Positions 10,043 to 19,737 of a stretch of DNA of 64,000 nucleotides are shown here, one piece after another. The stretch covers positions 512,001 through 576,000 of the forward strand of contig CAWBZV010000002.1 of the NCBI GenBank assembly GCA_963793305.1, read 5' to 3'. Origin of the DNA: an uncultured Gemmatimonadales bacterium (GTDB lineage Bacteria > Gemmatimonadota > Gemmatimonadetes > Gemmatimonadales > Gemmatimonadaceae). The translations under genes and the position numbers were made by a program. The notes beneath the pieces are model-generated. The model was given only the letters and a program-made list of their open reading frames with translations. It was not told the origin of the DNA and did no database searches. Each line of letters starts with the position of its first letter. Within the stretch, counting starts at the first letter, position 1.

Positions 10043-11986
10043 CTAGAAGCTGGGTGCGGCGATCTCGGGCTTCTTCTTCGTCTTAGTCGTCGAATCGATC
10101 ACCTTCGTCGCCTGGTCGAGATTGATATTAACCGCAGGCGCCGACGGCAGCGCGACGTCCGGCTGAGCTGGTGCTGCCCCAGCGCCACGAGATAGTCGGA
10201 TCGGTGGAGCATGTGGTGTCGCCTTCACTGCATTCGAATCGGACTCTTCCGCGGGCGGAGGAGCCGCCGGGCCCATGTGCGCCGAGAAGCCTTCGTGGGT
10301 TTGCGTGGGAGCCGGAGTGGGTGTCTCTGGCGCCTGCGCTACCGGTGTGGGCGTCTCCTGGGCGGGTGCTGGAGCGGGCGCGGCCGCGACGGGAGTTGGA
10401 GCCTGCGCCGGTGCCGGAGTCTGGACAGCTGGCGCGGATGCGGTCGCGTGCTTAGTCGGCGTCGCGGGAGCCGAATGACCCATCTTCGGCACGACGACTA
10501 TGGCGCCGACTATAAGAACGGCCGCAATCGCGCCTACCGCGATCCCGATCATCTTGCCATTCGAGGCTTCCTTGCCGAAGCCGATGCGCGGCTGCTTCCG
10601 CTCAGGTTCCTCCTCGACAAGCGCAACCGGCGGAGGCGTCGGCGTCCTCGGGACCACGGCCGGCATTGGTGGCGGCGTCGGCTTCGGGCGCTGGAACACC
10701 TGTGTGACGCCGAGCTGCACGTCATTCGTGCTCGGCTCGACGACCTTCGGCTCGGGCTTCCGTTCAGGCGCGATATTCGAGTCGAATTTGAGCTCCCCGG
10801 TCGGAGGCTCGACCGGAATGGCGATCACTTGCGAGACGCGTCTTATCGGCTCGGACACCCGATTCGGCTTCGGCGCCGGAAGCTCTGGATCGTCTGCCCA
10901 GGCCTCGGTGATCCCCAGGTCGTTCTTCGCCGGCGACTCGGGCTCTTTGGCCAGCGGCGCCGGAGGCGGAGCGGCCGGGGGCGGTGCAGCCGGCTTTGGC
11001 GCCGTCGGAGTCGGGATGCGCACAGACGAAGCGGCGGGCGTGAGCCCGGTCCGCGGGGCCTGAATCGGCATTGCCATCGTTGGCGTGAGGCCACTCGCTA
11101 CCGGCTTGATCTCCGCGGAACGGCGCACGCGAATTGGGACGGTCGTTGTTGCCACCGCCGCGGCGGCCGCGGCACGAGCCTCATCGACCCGGGCTCGCTG
11201 TTGCGTCACAGTGGGGTGGTCCGCCCCCATCGTGTCTTCACGCGCTTTGAGCCCTCGTTCACGCAAGTCGAGCGCTGCGACGTGCTTACCAAGCGCCGCC
11301 AGCGAATCCGACAGTCCATCCATGGCCTGGAGAACCGCGGGGTCGCTCGCCGGCAACTGCCGCTCGCGTACGATCAGCACGCGCCGCCAGAGCCGCTCGG
11401 CCTGGTCCGGCTTTCCAAGTGCGTGCCGTACTTTCGCCAGGCTAACGAGAACGGTCGCGACTTCAGGGTGCTCGGGCCCATACGGCCGCTTGAGCGTGAG
11501 CAACTGCGTCAGAAGGGGTTCGGCCTGCCGATAATCGCCGCGTTTGAAGTACAGCCGCGCGAGGTTATTCAGGTTGACGCCAAGGTCGGTCTGCGCGGAT
11601 TCGACGCGCTTCGCGCTGGCTCCCATGGCCCGCTTGAGGAGCGGTTCGGCCTCGTCCAAGGCGCCACGCGAGACGTACAAGGCGGCCAGGTTGTTGATGC
11701 TGGTGAGAACGCTCGGATGCTCGGACCCGAGGCTCTGCTCCCGAAGCTCCAGGGAGCGCCGGAAGAGCTCTTCGGCGCGTAAGTGGTCTTTTTGCTGATA
11801 CTTGAGCTGCGCTAAGTTGCCAAGACTCGATGCCAGCTGCAGCGGGTCCCCACCCCCGCGCTCGGCCTCGGCGATGGCCGCGACAAAGGCGTCCTCGGCT
11901 CCCGCCAGGTCGCCTTCCGCGAACAAACGGCGCCCCGTTTCGTTATACTGCTCCCAAGTGATCGAAGACGCCGCAGTGGCAGTCAT
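10043..11986 (-). CDS. TPR (kinesin light chain-like) protein with Pro-rich region and C-terminal TM
   Basis: Repeats SLGNLAQL / EHPSVLTSINNLAALY / EHPEVATVLVSLA; AGGAG RBS before ATG 11986; TM IGIAVGAIAAVLIVGAIVVV. Confidence 0.85.
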   Translation of the reverse strand: MTATAASSITWEQYNETGRRLFAEGDLAGAEDAFVAAIAEAERGGGDPLQLASSLGNLAQLKYQQKDHLRAEELFRRSLELREQSLGSEHPSVLTSINNLAALYVSRGALDEAEPLLKRAMGASAKRVESAQTDLGVNLNNLARLYFKRGDYRQAEPLLTQLLTLKRPYGPEHPEVATVLVSLAKVRHALGKPDQAERLWRRVLIVRERQLPASDPAVLQAMDGLSDSLAALGKHVAALDLRERGLKAREDTMGADHPTVTQQRARVDEARAAAAAAVATTTVPIRVRRSAEIKPVASGLTPTMAMPIQAPRTGLTPAASSVRIPTPTAPKPAAPPPAAPPPAPLAKEPESPAKNDLGITEAWADDPELPAPKPNRVSEPIRRVSQVIAIPVEPPTGELKFDSNIAPERKPEPKVVEPSTNDVQLGVTQVFQRPKPTPPPMPAVVPRTPTPPPVALVEEEPERKQPRIGFGKEASNGKMIGIAVGAIAAVLIVGAIVVVPKMGHSAPATPTKHATASAPAVQTPAPAQAPTPVAAAPAPAPAQETPTPVAQAPETPTPAPTQTHEGFSAHMGPAAPPPAEESDSNAVKATPHAPPIRLSRGAGAAPAQPDVALPSAPAVNINLDQATKVIDSTTKTKKKPEIAAPSF

Positions 11987-12019
11987 GATGGTTCGCTCCT
12001 TATTCCGAGGGACGCCCGG

Positions 12020-14243
12020 TTGGCTGGCCGCGTAACCGTTCAGCTCGTCTTGATTAGCGCCCTCGTTGCCTGTCACAATGACCACCCAACTACACCGGCT
12101 TTGCCGGCCGCGAGTGCGGTCATTTTCACCCTGCCGAGCACGCATCTGGTGGTCGGCGATTCGGTCCCGGCGACCGCAACGGTTCTCGACGCCAACGGGG
12201 TGGTGATCGATAGTGCGCCAGTTGTTTGGAGCACACTGAATCCCTCCGTTACGACGGTCAGCAATTACGGCGAGGTGTACGGAAAAGGAGCCGGCATCGG
12301 CCGGATCGTTGCCAAGTCCGGCGCCGTGGCTGATACCGTGGTGGTTACCGTCGACGTGGCGGGCACGATCACGATCGATTCTATCACGCCACATCAGCTA
12401 ATTGCTGGGCAACCAGCGACACTATACGGCCATCAATTCAGCAGTATACCGACTGCCACGGTCATATTGATCGGCGTGGATTCGCTCGCTCCGACGGCGG
12501 CCGATTCTACGCATCTGGTCTTTGTCCTGCCCGATACCAGCTGCTCGCCAGCCGGTACTCGGACGATCACCGTCAAGTCTCGCGGCTCGGCCGCCCAGCT
12601 CCTCGAGCGCTTCGCTCCCGGCACCCCACCCATCTCCCTCGCTGTCGGCGGCGTCCAGGCCATCAATGCCAGTACGACTGGCTGCCTCCAGTTCGCCGCA
12701 AACGCGTCAGCCGCGACCTATATCGTGATTGTTGGCAACGTCACGAGCTCGCTCGATGCTGGATTTGGGTTTGAGCTCACTCAGGTCGTCGGAGACAGCG
12801 CGCCGCTCGGTTTTCACGGCTACTCGCGTGTGCGCGCCGCGCTTCGCGCGAACGCTTCCCGCGCCATCAGCCCCCGCGCCGCTCTCGCACGAACGGCCCG
12901 ACGCACTCCGTCGTACCGGACCGCCGAACTCGGTCGCACTGGCTCCGCCGCATCGGTCGCACTCCCGGTACGCCAGTCGCGCAGTCGAGCCGCGGAGTCC
13001 GGCAATCACGAGACCGGTAATCGCGGGACCAGTGTCCCCGACTCCGAGCATCACGCGGTCGCGAGCGAAGCGAGCGCTGTGCACAAAGCCGCCGTTGGCG
13101 ATGCCGTCACGTACAACGTCCCGCTGCACGGCTGTGATAGCGCAGTCGTGACGCATGGCCACGTGATGGCCGTGGCGTACGCACGCGATCATCGCCCAAG
13201 ACGACTCGGCGCCGAGCAGCGGCGTCGACTTCGCCGGGATCTCAGCCGATGTCGACGCGTCGATCTACCCGACGGACTCGTCGCATTTCGGCACCCCATC
13301 CGACATCGACGCCAACGGCCACGTCATCCTGTACTACACGCCGCGGGTGGCGGCCCTCGCCAGCGGCGACGCCTCGATCGTCGGCGGCTTCTTCTTCCGC
13401 GGCGATCTCTTCCCAACCAGCACCTGCGGCGCAAGCAACCAGGCCGAGATCCTGTATCTATCTCCGCCAACCTCAACGCGCGGAACAATCGCCCACGTGC
13501 TGGAGCATTTGATCAACGCCAGTAATCACATTCGCACGAACGCGACCGCCTTCGAAGACCCGTGGCTGGACGAGGCCCTCGCGCACGCCGCCGAGGACTT
13601 TGTGGGACGCGCCGTCGACGGCTACTCGGACACGCAGCTGCTGTCATTCGCTGACATAAGCAACGGCCCAAACGCGAACGCCTACGCATCTTACTTTCAA
13701 GGCAACGCCGGCCGCTACGCGTCGTGGCTCGGCGCGCCGCAGCTATTCGGCGGCGCCGACACGACCGCCGATACGTCAGCCGCCGCGCGCGGCGCCGCGT
13801 GGACGTTGCTGCGCTACACGTTCGATCAGTACGCGAACGGGTCGCCCGCGGCGCTCGCGCGCGCTCTCGCCGCTGGACCCAACGCCGGCATCTACAATCT
13901 GGTGAGCGCCAGCGGCACGTCGCTGGATTCGCTGATCGAAGGGTGGCTCGTCGCGACCTACGCGACCGGATTTGCGATCCCCGGCGTCGCGCCACGCTAC
14001 ACGTTCACGAGCTACAACTGGCAGGACATCGAGACGCAGCTCACCCAAGGGTTCGGCCTGTCCACGACGCCGTTCGCGGCCGGCGCGACCGGGATCGCGG
14101 ACAGCGTGCAGGCGAACAGCGGATTCTACTTGACGATGGCGAATCTGGCGCCGACCGTGGCGTTCTCGACTCGGCTACTGAGCTCGGCCGGGACAGTCGT
14201 AACGCTGCCCGGGGCTCGCCTGTATATCCTACGAATCCAATAA
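12020..14243 (+). CDS. Lipoprotein with Big_2 + IPT/TIG + M30-like (gluzincin) peptidase domain; frameshift at ~13176
   Basis: Lipobox ALVAC; Ig domains; FGTPSDIDANG, GFFFRGDL, TIAHVLEHLIN, WLDEALAH; two ORFs joined by removing one base. Confidence 0.75.
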
Positions 14244-14250
14244 GAAAAAG

Positions 14251-14322
14251 AGCCGGCGCTCGGGATTGAACCGAGGACCTTTCGATTACGAATCGAGTGC
14301 TCTACCACTGAGCTACGCCGGC
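14251..14322 (-). tRNA. tRNA-Thr(CGT)
   Basis: GCCGGCGTAGCTCAGTGGTAGAGC...TT-CGT-AA...GGTTCAATCC...CGCCGGCT cloverleaf; no encoded CCA. Confidence 0.93.
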
Positions 14323-14323
14323 A

Positions 14324-14405
14324 TGCCCTGGCGCGGACTCGAACCGCGACGCCTTACGGCACCACCCCCTCAAGATGGCGTGTCTACCAATTTCACCACC
14401 AGGGC
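14324..14405 (-). tRNA. tRNA-Leu(GAG)
   Basis: GCCCTGGTGGTGAAATTGGTAGACAC, anticodon arm CCATC-TTGAGGG-GGTGG, long variable arm, GGTTCGAGTCC. Confidence 0.95.
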
Positions 14406-14410
14406 AAAAA

Positions 14411-14484
14411 CGGGACTGACGGGGCTCGAACCCGCGACCTCCGGTGTGACAGACCGGCACTCTAACCAGCTGAGCTACAGTCCC
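14411..14484 (-). tRNA. tRNA-Asp(GTC)
   Basis: GGGACTGTAGCTCAGCTGG..., anticodon arm CCGGT-CTGTCAC-ACCGG. Confidence 0.95.
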
Positions 14485-14574
14485 TCAAATCACTTCGTGA
14501 TTTTCGTAGTTTATTCCCTCCGGGGGACAAACCCCAACTGCGCCCCCCGGACCCCCCAAACACGCTCCTCAAAA

Positions 14575-14646
14575 TAGCCCCAACGGGAGTCGAACCCGTC
14601 TCTCCACCTTGAAAGGGTGACGTCCTAACCGATAGACCATGGGGCC
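14575..14646 (-). tRNA. tRNA-Glu(TTC)
   Basis: GGCCCCATGGTCTATCGGTTAGGAC..., anticodon arm TCACC-CTTTCAA-GGTGG. Confidence 0.95.
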
Positions 14647-14653
14647 GGGCTGA

Positions 14654-14726
14654 TAGCGGTAACGGGATTCGAACCCGTGTTTGAGCCTTGAGAGGGCTCC
14701 GTCCTAGTCCCCTAGACGATACCGCC
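14654..14726 (-). tRNA. tRNA-Glu(CTC)
   Basis: GGCGGTATCGTCTAG..., anticodon arm GAGCC-CTCTCAA-GGCTC. Confidence 0.95.
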
Positions 14727-14743
14727 GTTTCTTTGTTGCCCCA

Positions 14744-14816
14744 CAGGCGCGGAGGGACTTGAACCCCCAGCCGCTGGTTTTGGAGACCAGTGCTCTACCA
14801 ATTGAGCTACGCGCCT
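14744..14816 (-). tRNA. tRNA-Trp(CCA)
   Basis: AGGCGCGTAGCTCAATTGGTAGAGC..., anticodon arm CTGGT-CTCCAAA-ACCAG. Confidence 0.95.
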
Positions 14817-14820
14817 AAAG

Positions 14821-14895
14821 GGTGGCTGATGGGAATTGAACCCACAACCCCCGGAGCCACAGTCCGGTGCTCTAACCAATTGAGCTACAGCCACC
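14821..14895 (-). tRNA. tRNA-His(GTG)
   Basis: G-1 plus GTGGCTGTAGCTCAATTGG..., anticodon arm CCGGA-CTGTGGC-TCCGG. Confidence 0.95.
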
Positions 14896-14903
14896 ATGGA
14901 GCG

Positions 14904-15464
14904 CTAGGCCCTATCTACGTATTCCCCCGTCTGCGGATTCACGCGCACCTTTTCGCCCGTCTTGACGAATTCCGGCACGTTCACCGTCACGCCATTCTCG
15001 AGCGTCGCCGGTTTGGTCGATGCCGTCTTCGTCGCGCTCTTCATGACCGGCGCTGTCTCCGTCACCTCGAGCGTCAACGAGTTGGGCAACTGAATGCCGA
15101 TCGGCCGCCCATTGTAGTACTCGGCCTGAATCCGCATACCTGCTTGCATCCACTGCGCGGAATCGCCGAGCGCCTCCTCGTCCATCTCGAGCTGGTCATA
15201 GTTTTCGGTGTTCATGAAATGGTACGTGTCGCCACCCTTGTACATGAACTCGAGATCGTGCGTCTCCATCGACGCCCGCTCGACGGAGTCCGCCGCGCGG
15301 AATCGATGCTCGAACGTCGATCCCGTCCTCAGGTTCTTGAGTTTTGCCTGCACCATAGCGCGCAAATTTCCCGGGGTGTGGTGTCGAAATTCGATCACCC
15401 GCACCGGGTCGCCCTCGAACACGAGGACCATGCCGCGCCGGATCTGAGTTGCTGAGAAAGCCAT
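14904..15464 (-). CDS. efp: Translation elongation factor P
   Basis: MAFSATQIRRGM...HHTPGNLRA...KPATLENG...VPEFVKTGEKVRVN...GEYVDRA. Confidence 0.96.
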   Translation of the reverse strand: MAFSATQIRRGMVLVFEGDPVRVIEFRHHTPGNLRAMVQAKLKNLRTGSTFEHRFRAADSVERASMETHDLEFMYKGGDTYHFMNTENYDQLEMDEEALGDSAQWMQAGMRIQAEYYNGRPIGIQLPNSLTLEVTETAPVMKSATKTASTKPATLENGVTVNVPEFVKTGEKVRVNPQTGEYVDRA

Positions 15465-15475
15465 AGCCCCAAAAA

Positions 15476-16136
15476 CTATCGCGATTCGGCGAGAAGTGGT
15501 AGCATCGCCCTCCACTCGGTAGCAGCGGCCACGCGCGAGCCGGCGACGTTCGGATGCATGCGGTCGGCCTGATTCAATGCGGGGCGCCCGGCCACACTAT
15601 CGAGGAGAAACGGCAGCAACGTCGCGTTCTCGGCCTTGGCCGCCTGCCCATACACCGCGTGAAAACGCGACGCGTAGTCGACGCCCAGGTTCGGCGGCGC
15701 CTCCATCTGAACCACCGCCAACCGGGCCGCCGGCCGCTCCGCATGCACCTTGGCCAGGATCGCCTCGAGGTTCGCCCGCAACGAATCCGTGTCCAGCCCA
15801 CGCAGTCCGTCATTCGCGCCGGTTTCCAACACGAACACGTCGACCGGACCTCGCAGCAACCAATCGATGCGCCGAAGCGCCCCGGCGGAATGTCTCGCCG
15901 GACAACCCCGCATTGACGACGCGATACGGCAGCCCGGCTGAGTCGATCTTCGCCTGAATGAGCGCCGGCCACGCATCTTCGGGATCGAGTCCGAGCCCCG
16001 CCGTCAAACTCGTCCCGACGATAAGCACCGTCCGGCGCGCCGTCGTGTCCGCGTGCACCAATGTAGTTTGGACCGACGGTGATCGCTCACGCGAACAGGC
16101 CGTCAGCACCATCACACACGCGACCGTCAGTCTCAT
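15476..16136 (-). CDS. tesA: Arylesterase / acyl-CoA thioesterase I (SGNH/GDSL) lipoprotein; frameshift at ~15890
   Basis: GTSLTAG, VNAGLSGET, ETGANDGLRG, NQADRMHPN; divergent from a ybbA/ybbP-type pair as in E. coli. Confidence 0.85.
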
Positions 16137-16800
16137 GCTCGTCGCCCGCGAATTGACAAAAGAATACCAGAGCGGCTCTCGGACCCTTACTGTCCTGGAC
16201 GCCGTTTCGTTCGATATCCCGCAAGGGACCTTCGTCTCCATCGTCGGACCCTCCGGAAGCGGGAAGACGACGCTCCTGGGTCTCCTGGCAGGGCTCGATA
16301 CCCCAACCAGCGGATCGGTGATCCTCGACGGCGCCGATCTGGCCACCCTCAACGAGGACCGCCGCGCCAAGCTCCGTGGCGAGAAAGTCGGGTTCGTCTT
16401 CCAGAGTTTCCAGCTCATTCCCACGCTCACCGCGTTGGAAAATGTCAGCGTGCCGCTCGAGTTGCGCGGGGAGCGCGAGTCGCAGTCGGCCGAGCGCGCC
16501 CGCGACGTGCTCGACCGCGTCGGACTCGGCGACCGTGTGGGGCATTTTCCCGCCCAGCTGTCGGGTGGCGAGCAGCAGCGCGTCGCGATTGCGCGGGCGT
16601 TCGCCAACCAGCCGCGAATCCTGTTCGCCAATGAGCCGACTGGCAACCTCGATGCTGCCACCGGTCTTCGCATCGTCGAGCTTCTCGAATCACTGAACGG
16701 CGAATCGGGTTCGACCATCGTGCTCGTGACGCACGACCTCGGTCTGGCGGGTCGTGCGCAACGCATGATCAAGCTGGCTGACGGCCGCGTCGTGCCATGA
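16135..16800 (+). CDS. ybbA: ABC transporter ATP-binding protein (YbbA/LolD-like)
   Basis: GPSGSGKTT, LSGGEQQR, ILFANEPTGNLD (Walker B Asp appears as Asn). Confidence 0.9.
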   Translation: MLVARELTKEYQSGSRTLTVLDAVSFDIPQGTFVSIVGPSGSGKTTLLGLLAGLDTPTSGSVILDGADLATLNEDRRAKLRGEKVGFVFQSFQLIPTLTALENVSVPLELRGERESQSAERARDVLDRVGLGDRVGHFPAQLSGGEQQRVAIARAFANQPRILFANEPTGNLDAATGLRIVELLESLNGESGSTIVLVTHDLGLAGRAQRMIKLADGRVVP

Positions 16801-19292
16801 GTCTCGCGAGAATTGCCTGGCGAGAAAGTCGCACCACCCGTCGCCGTTTGTTCCTGTACATGGGATCGATCGCGTTCGGCGTCGCCGCGCTCGTCGCCAT
16901 CGACTCGTTCGCCGCGAACGTCACGCAGTCCGTCCGTGAGCAATCCCGATCTCTCATCGGCGGCGATCTCTCCCTGACCTCCCGCGGCCCTCTCCCGCCG
17001 CTCGCCCACACGATCGTCGACTCACTCCGCACCAAGGGGGCACGAGAGGCTCGCGTGACGAGCTTCGCGTCGATGGCCGTCGATCGCCGCACCGGCCTCA
17101 CACGCCTCGTCCAAGTCCGCGCCGTCACCTCGAACTTCCCACTCTATGGCGCCGTACTCACGGATCCGTCGACTGCCTGGGGAGCTCTTCGAACACAGGC
17201 AGCGGTGGTCGTAGACCCCGCGCTCCTCGTGGCGATCGACGGCCACGTGGGCGACACCTTGGCACTTGGGTACGGCCGATTCGTCATCACGGGCACCCTG
17301 CAAACAGTCCCGGGTGACGCGGCCATTGCCGCCGCCATCGGCCCACGCGTGTTCATCCCCGAGGCCGATCTCGTGCTCACGCAGTTGCTGACGTTCGGCA
17401 GCCGCGCCGAGTACAAGACCGTCCTCGGCGTCAACGCAACGCCGGCGCTCGAAGCACGCCTCCGGAACCGACTCGACACGCTGCACGTGCGCGTACAGAG
17501 CGCCACGGATACCGACACGGGTCTCACCGACGCCGTCAAGCGGCTGCGCAACTTTCTCGGGGTCGTCGCGCTCGTCTCACTGCTGCTCGGCGGCATCGGC
17601 GTCGCCTCCGGCGTCCGCGCATTCGTGCGCCGCAAGATCGACACCGTCGCCGTCTTGCGCTGCCTCGGCGCGACGACCCGGCAGATCCTCTTGATCTACG
17701 TCGGCCAGGCGGCAGCCATGGGTCTCATTGGAGCCGCGGCTGGCGCGCTCCTCGGCGTCGGACTGCAGTTCGGACTGCCGCTCGCGATTCGAGACTTTCT
17801 TCCGGTCGACGTTGATCCGCACCTCGTGCCCGGCGCGATCGGCTTCGGGCTGCTCCTCGGACTCTGGGTGGCGTTGTGGTTCGCGCTCCGCCCGCTGCTC
17901 GCACTCAGCTCCATCTCTCCACTCGCCGCGCTGCGTCGCGAATACGGTGACGAGAACGTGCGCGAAGGTCGCGCCATCATCCCCGCGCTCGTCCTCGGTG
18001 CCACGGTTCTCGCGCTCTCGGTTGCTCGCGCGCCCCGGCCTCGCCTCGGCGTCGGCATCGCGATCGGGATTGGCGTCGTCCTGCTCGCTTTGTGGGCGGG
18101 CGCGGTCGCGCTCTCTTGGTTGGCCCGCCGGATCACGCGCTCCGGCTGGCCATATGTGATTCGCCAAGGCGTCGCGAATCTATATCGTCCGGCGAACCAA
18201 ACGCGCGCCGTCGTCCTGTCGCTGGGATTCGGCGCATTTCTCATCGCGACGTTGTACCTGGTACAAACCAACGTCCTGCGCGAGTTGAACGTCGCCACCG
18301 ACGCCTCGCGCGGAAACGCGCTGTTCTTCGACGTTCAATCGGACCAAGCGCCGGGACTCGACAGCATGGTCGGCCGATCAGTCGTCGAGACGGCGCCACT
18401 GGTCACGATGCGCATCGCGTCGATCAACGGCGTATCCGTCGGCGAGCTCCAACGCGCCAAGAAGGGGGCTACATGGGCGCTGCGCCGCGAGTACCGGTCG
18501 ACGTACCGCGACACGCTCGTCGGATCCGAACATGTCGTCGCCGGCAAATGGTTCGGCAAAGATCCGCCGGGTGACACGGCCGAGCTCTCGCTGGAGGCCG
18601 ATGTGGCGAAAGAGCTCGGAGTTGGGATCGGATCGCGCATCATCTGGGACGTCCAGGGCGTACCCGTGCCGACCCGACTCACCAGTACGCGCGATGTCGA
18701 CTGGGCCCGGTTCGAGCCGAACTTCTTCGCCGTGTTCCCGAACGGCGTGTTGGAGCACGCGCCGCATCAGGTCGTGGTACTGGCCAACGTGCCGGATCCC
18801 GCGGCGCTATCGCGTCTCCAGCGCGCGGTCGTCGACCGCTACCCGAATGTGTCGACCGTCGATCTCACGCTCGTGCGCGACACGATCGGCCGGATCGTGC
18901 GCAAAGTGACGTTCGCGATACGCTTTCTCGCGCTCTTCAGCCTCGCGCTCGCCATCCCCGTCCTTTTTAGCTCGGTATCCACCAGCAGGCGCGATCGCGT
19001 GCGCGAAGGCGTGCTCTTGAAGACACTCGGCGCGAGTCGCGCGCAGATCCAAGCGATCATGCTGGCCGAATACGCCGCCTTGGGCCTCGTGGGCGCGCTG
19101 ACGGGCGTCCTGCTGTCGTTCGCCGGCGCGTGGGCCCTATTACGATTCGCGTTCGAGAGCTCATTCACGCCGGCAGTAATTCCCGCCCTCGGCATCGCGC
19201 TCGTCTGCGCCGCACTGGCGATTCTCATTGGCGTCCTCGGCGGACGCGATGTCTTCGCCGAGACGCCGATTACCGCCCTTCGGGCAGAGTGA
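16797..19292 (+). CDS. ybbP: YbbP-like double FtsX-domain ABC permease
   Basis: 831 aa, two FtsX-type membrane blocks (LRCLGA, LKTLGA), PNFF motif; ATGA overlap with ATPase. Confidence 0.88.
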   Translation: MSLARIAWRESRTTRRRLFLYMGSIAFGVAALVAIDSFAANVTQSVREQSRSLIGGDLSLTSRGPLPPLAHTIVDSLRTKGAREARVTSFASMAVDRRTGLTRLVQVRAVTSNFPLYGAVLTDPSTAWGALRTQAAVVVDPALLVAIDGHVGDTLALGYGRFVITGTLQTVPGDAAIAAAIGPRVFIPEADLVLTQLLTFGSRAEYKTVLGVNATPALEARLRNRLDTLHVRVQSATDTDTGLTDAVKRLRNFLGVVALVSLLLGGIGVASGVRAFVRRKIDTVAVLRCLGATTRQILLIYVGQAAAMGLIGAAAGALLGVGLQFGLPLAIRDFLPVDVDPHLVPGAIGFGLLLGLWVALWFALRPLLALSSISPLAALRREYGDENVREGRAIIPALVLGATVLALSVARAPRPRLGVGIAIGIGVVLLALWAGAVALSWLARRITRSGWPYVIRQGVANLYRPANQTRAVVLSLGFGAFLIATLYLVQTNVLRELNVATDASRGNALFFDVQSDQAPGLDSMVGRSVVETAPLVTMRIASINGVSVGELQRAKKGATWALRREYRSTYRDTLVGSEHVVAGKWFGKDPPGDTAELSLEADVAKELGVGIGSRIIWDVQGVPVPTRLTSTRDVDWARFEPNFFAVFPNGVLEHAPHQVVVLANVPDPAALSRLQRAVVDRYPNVSTVDLTLVRDTIGRIVRKVTFAIRFLALFSLALAIPVLFSSVSTSRRDRVREGVLLKTLGASRAQIQAIMLAEYAALGLVGALTGVLLSFAGAWALLRFAFESSFTPAVIPALGIALVCAALAILIGVLGGRDVFAETPITALRAE

Positions 19293-19737
19293 AATCCAGC
19301 GCGATTTCGGCGTCGGGCGGCAGCGCCCGCCATCGCGCGATGAGCTCCTGCGCGAGCGCCCGTGATCGCGCGATCTCGTCGTCCGTGAGGGTCCGCCAGG
19401 CCTCGCCGCAGAAACTCGCCCCTTGCGCATTGATCTCGTCCGCCGTGCAATCCTGATTGAGGCAGCCCACCAGAAACTCGGCGACTTCCGCCTCGGCCGG
19501 CAGTCGGCCGCGCGGCCATGGCGTGCCGAAGTCGCTCAGGTCCCAGCCGCGTGCGACGAGGCCATAAAACGCCTCATGGAGGCCCAGGGTGGTCTCCACC
19601 GCGTAGTGGGTGAGATCATGCGGGGGAAAGAAGCGACTATTTTTTTCGGGGTGCCGCTGCCACGTCACCGATCCGTCCGCGCGTTCGCAGCGCAACACCG
19701 CGAGGCCGTCGACCCGATTGTGAATTCGAATCCGCAT
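19270..19737 (-). CDS. Hypothetical protein with PHDLTHYAVE motif
   Basis: 155-aa ORF with protein-like composition filling the gap; HDxxH motif. Confidence 0.7.
   Translation of the reverse strand: MRIRIHNRVDGLAVLRCERADGSVTWQRHPEKNSRFFPPHDLTHYAVETTLGLHEAFYGLVARGWDLSDFGTPWPRGRLPAEAEVAEFLVGCLNQDCTADEINAQGASFCGEAWRTLTDDEIARSRALAQELIARWRALPPDAEIALDFTLPEGR

Noticed and set aside
14126..14897. Small ORFs over the tRNA array
   Set aside because: They are translations of tRNA sequence.
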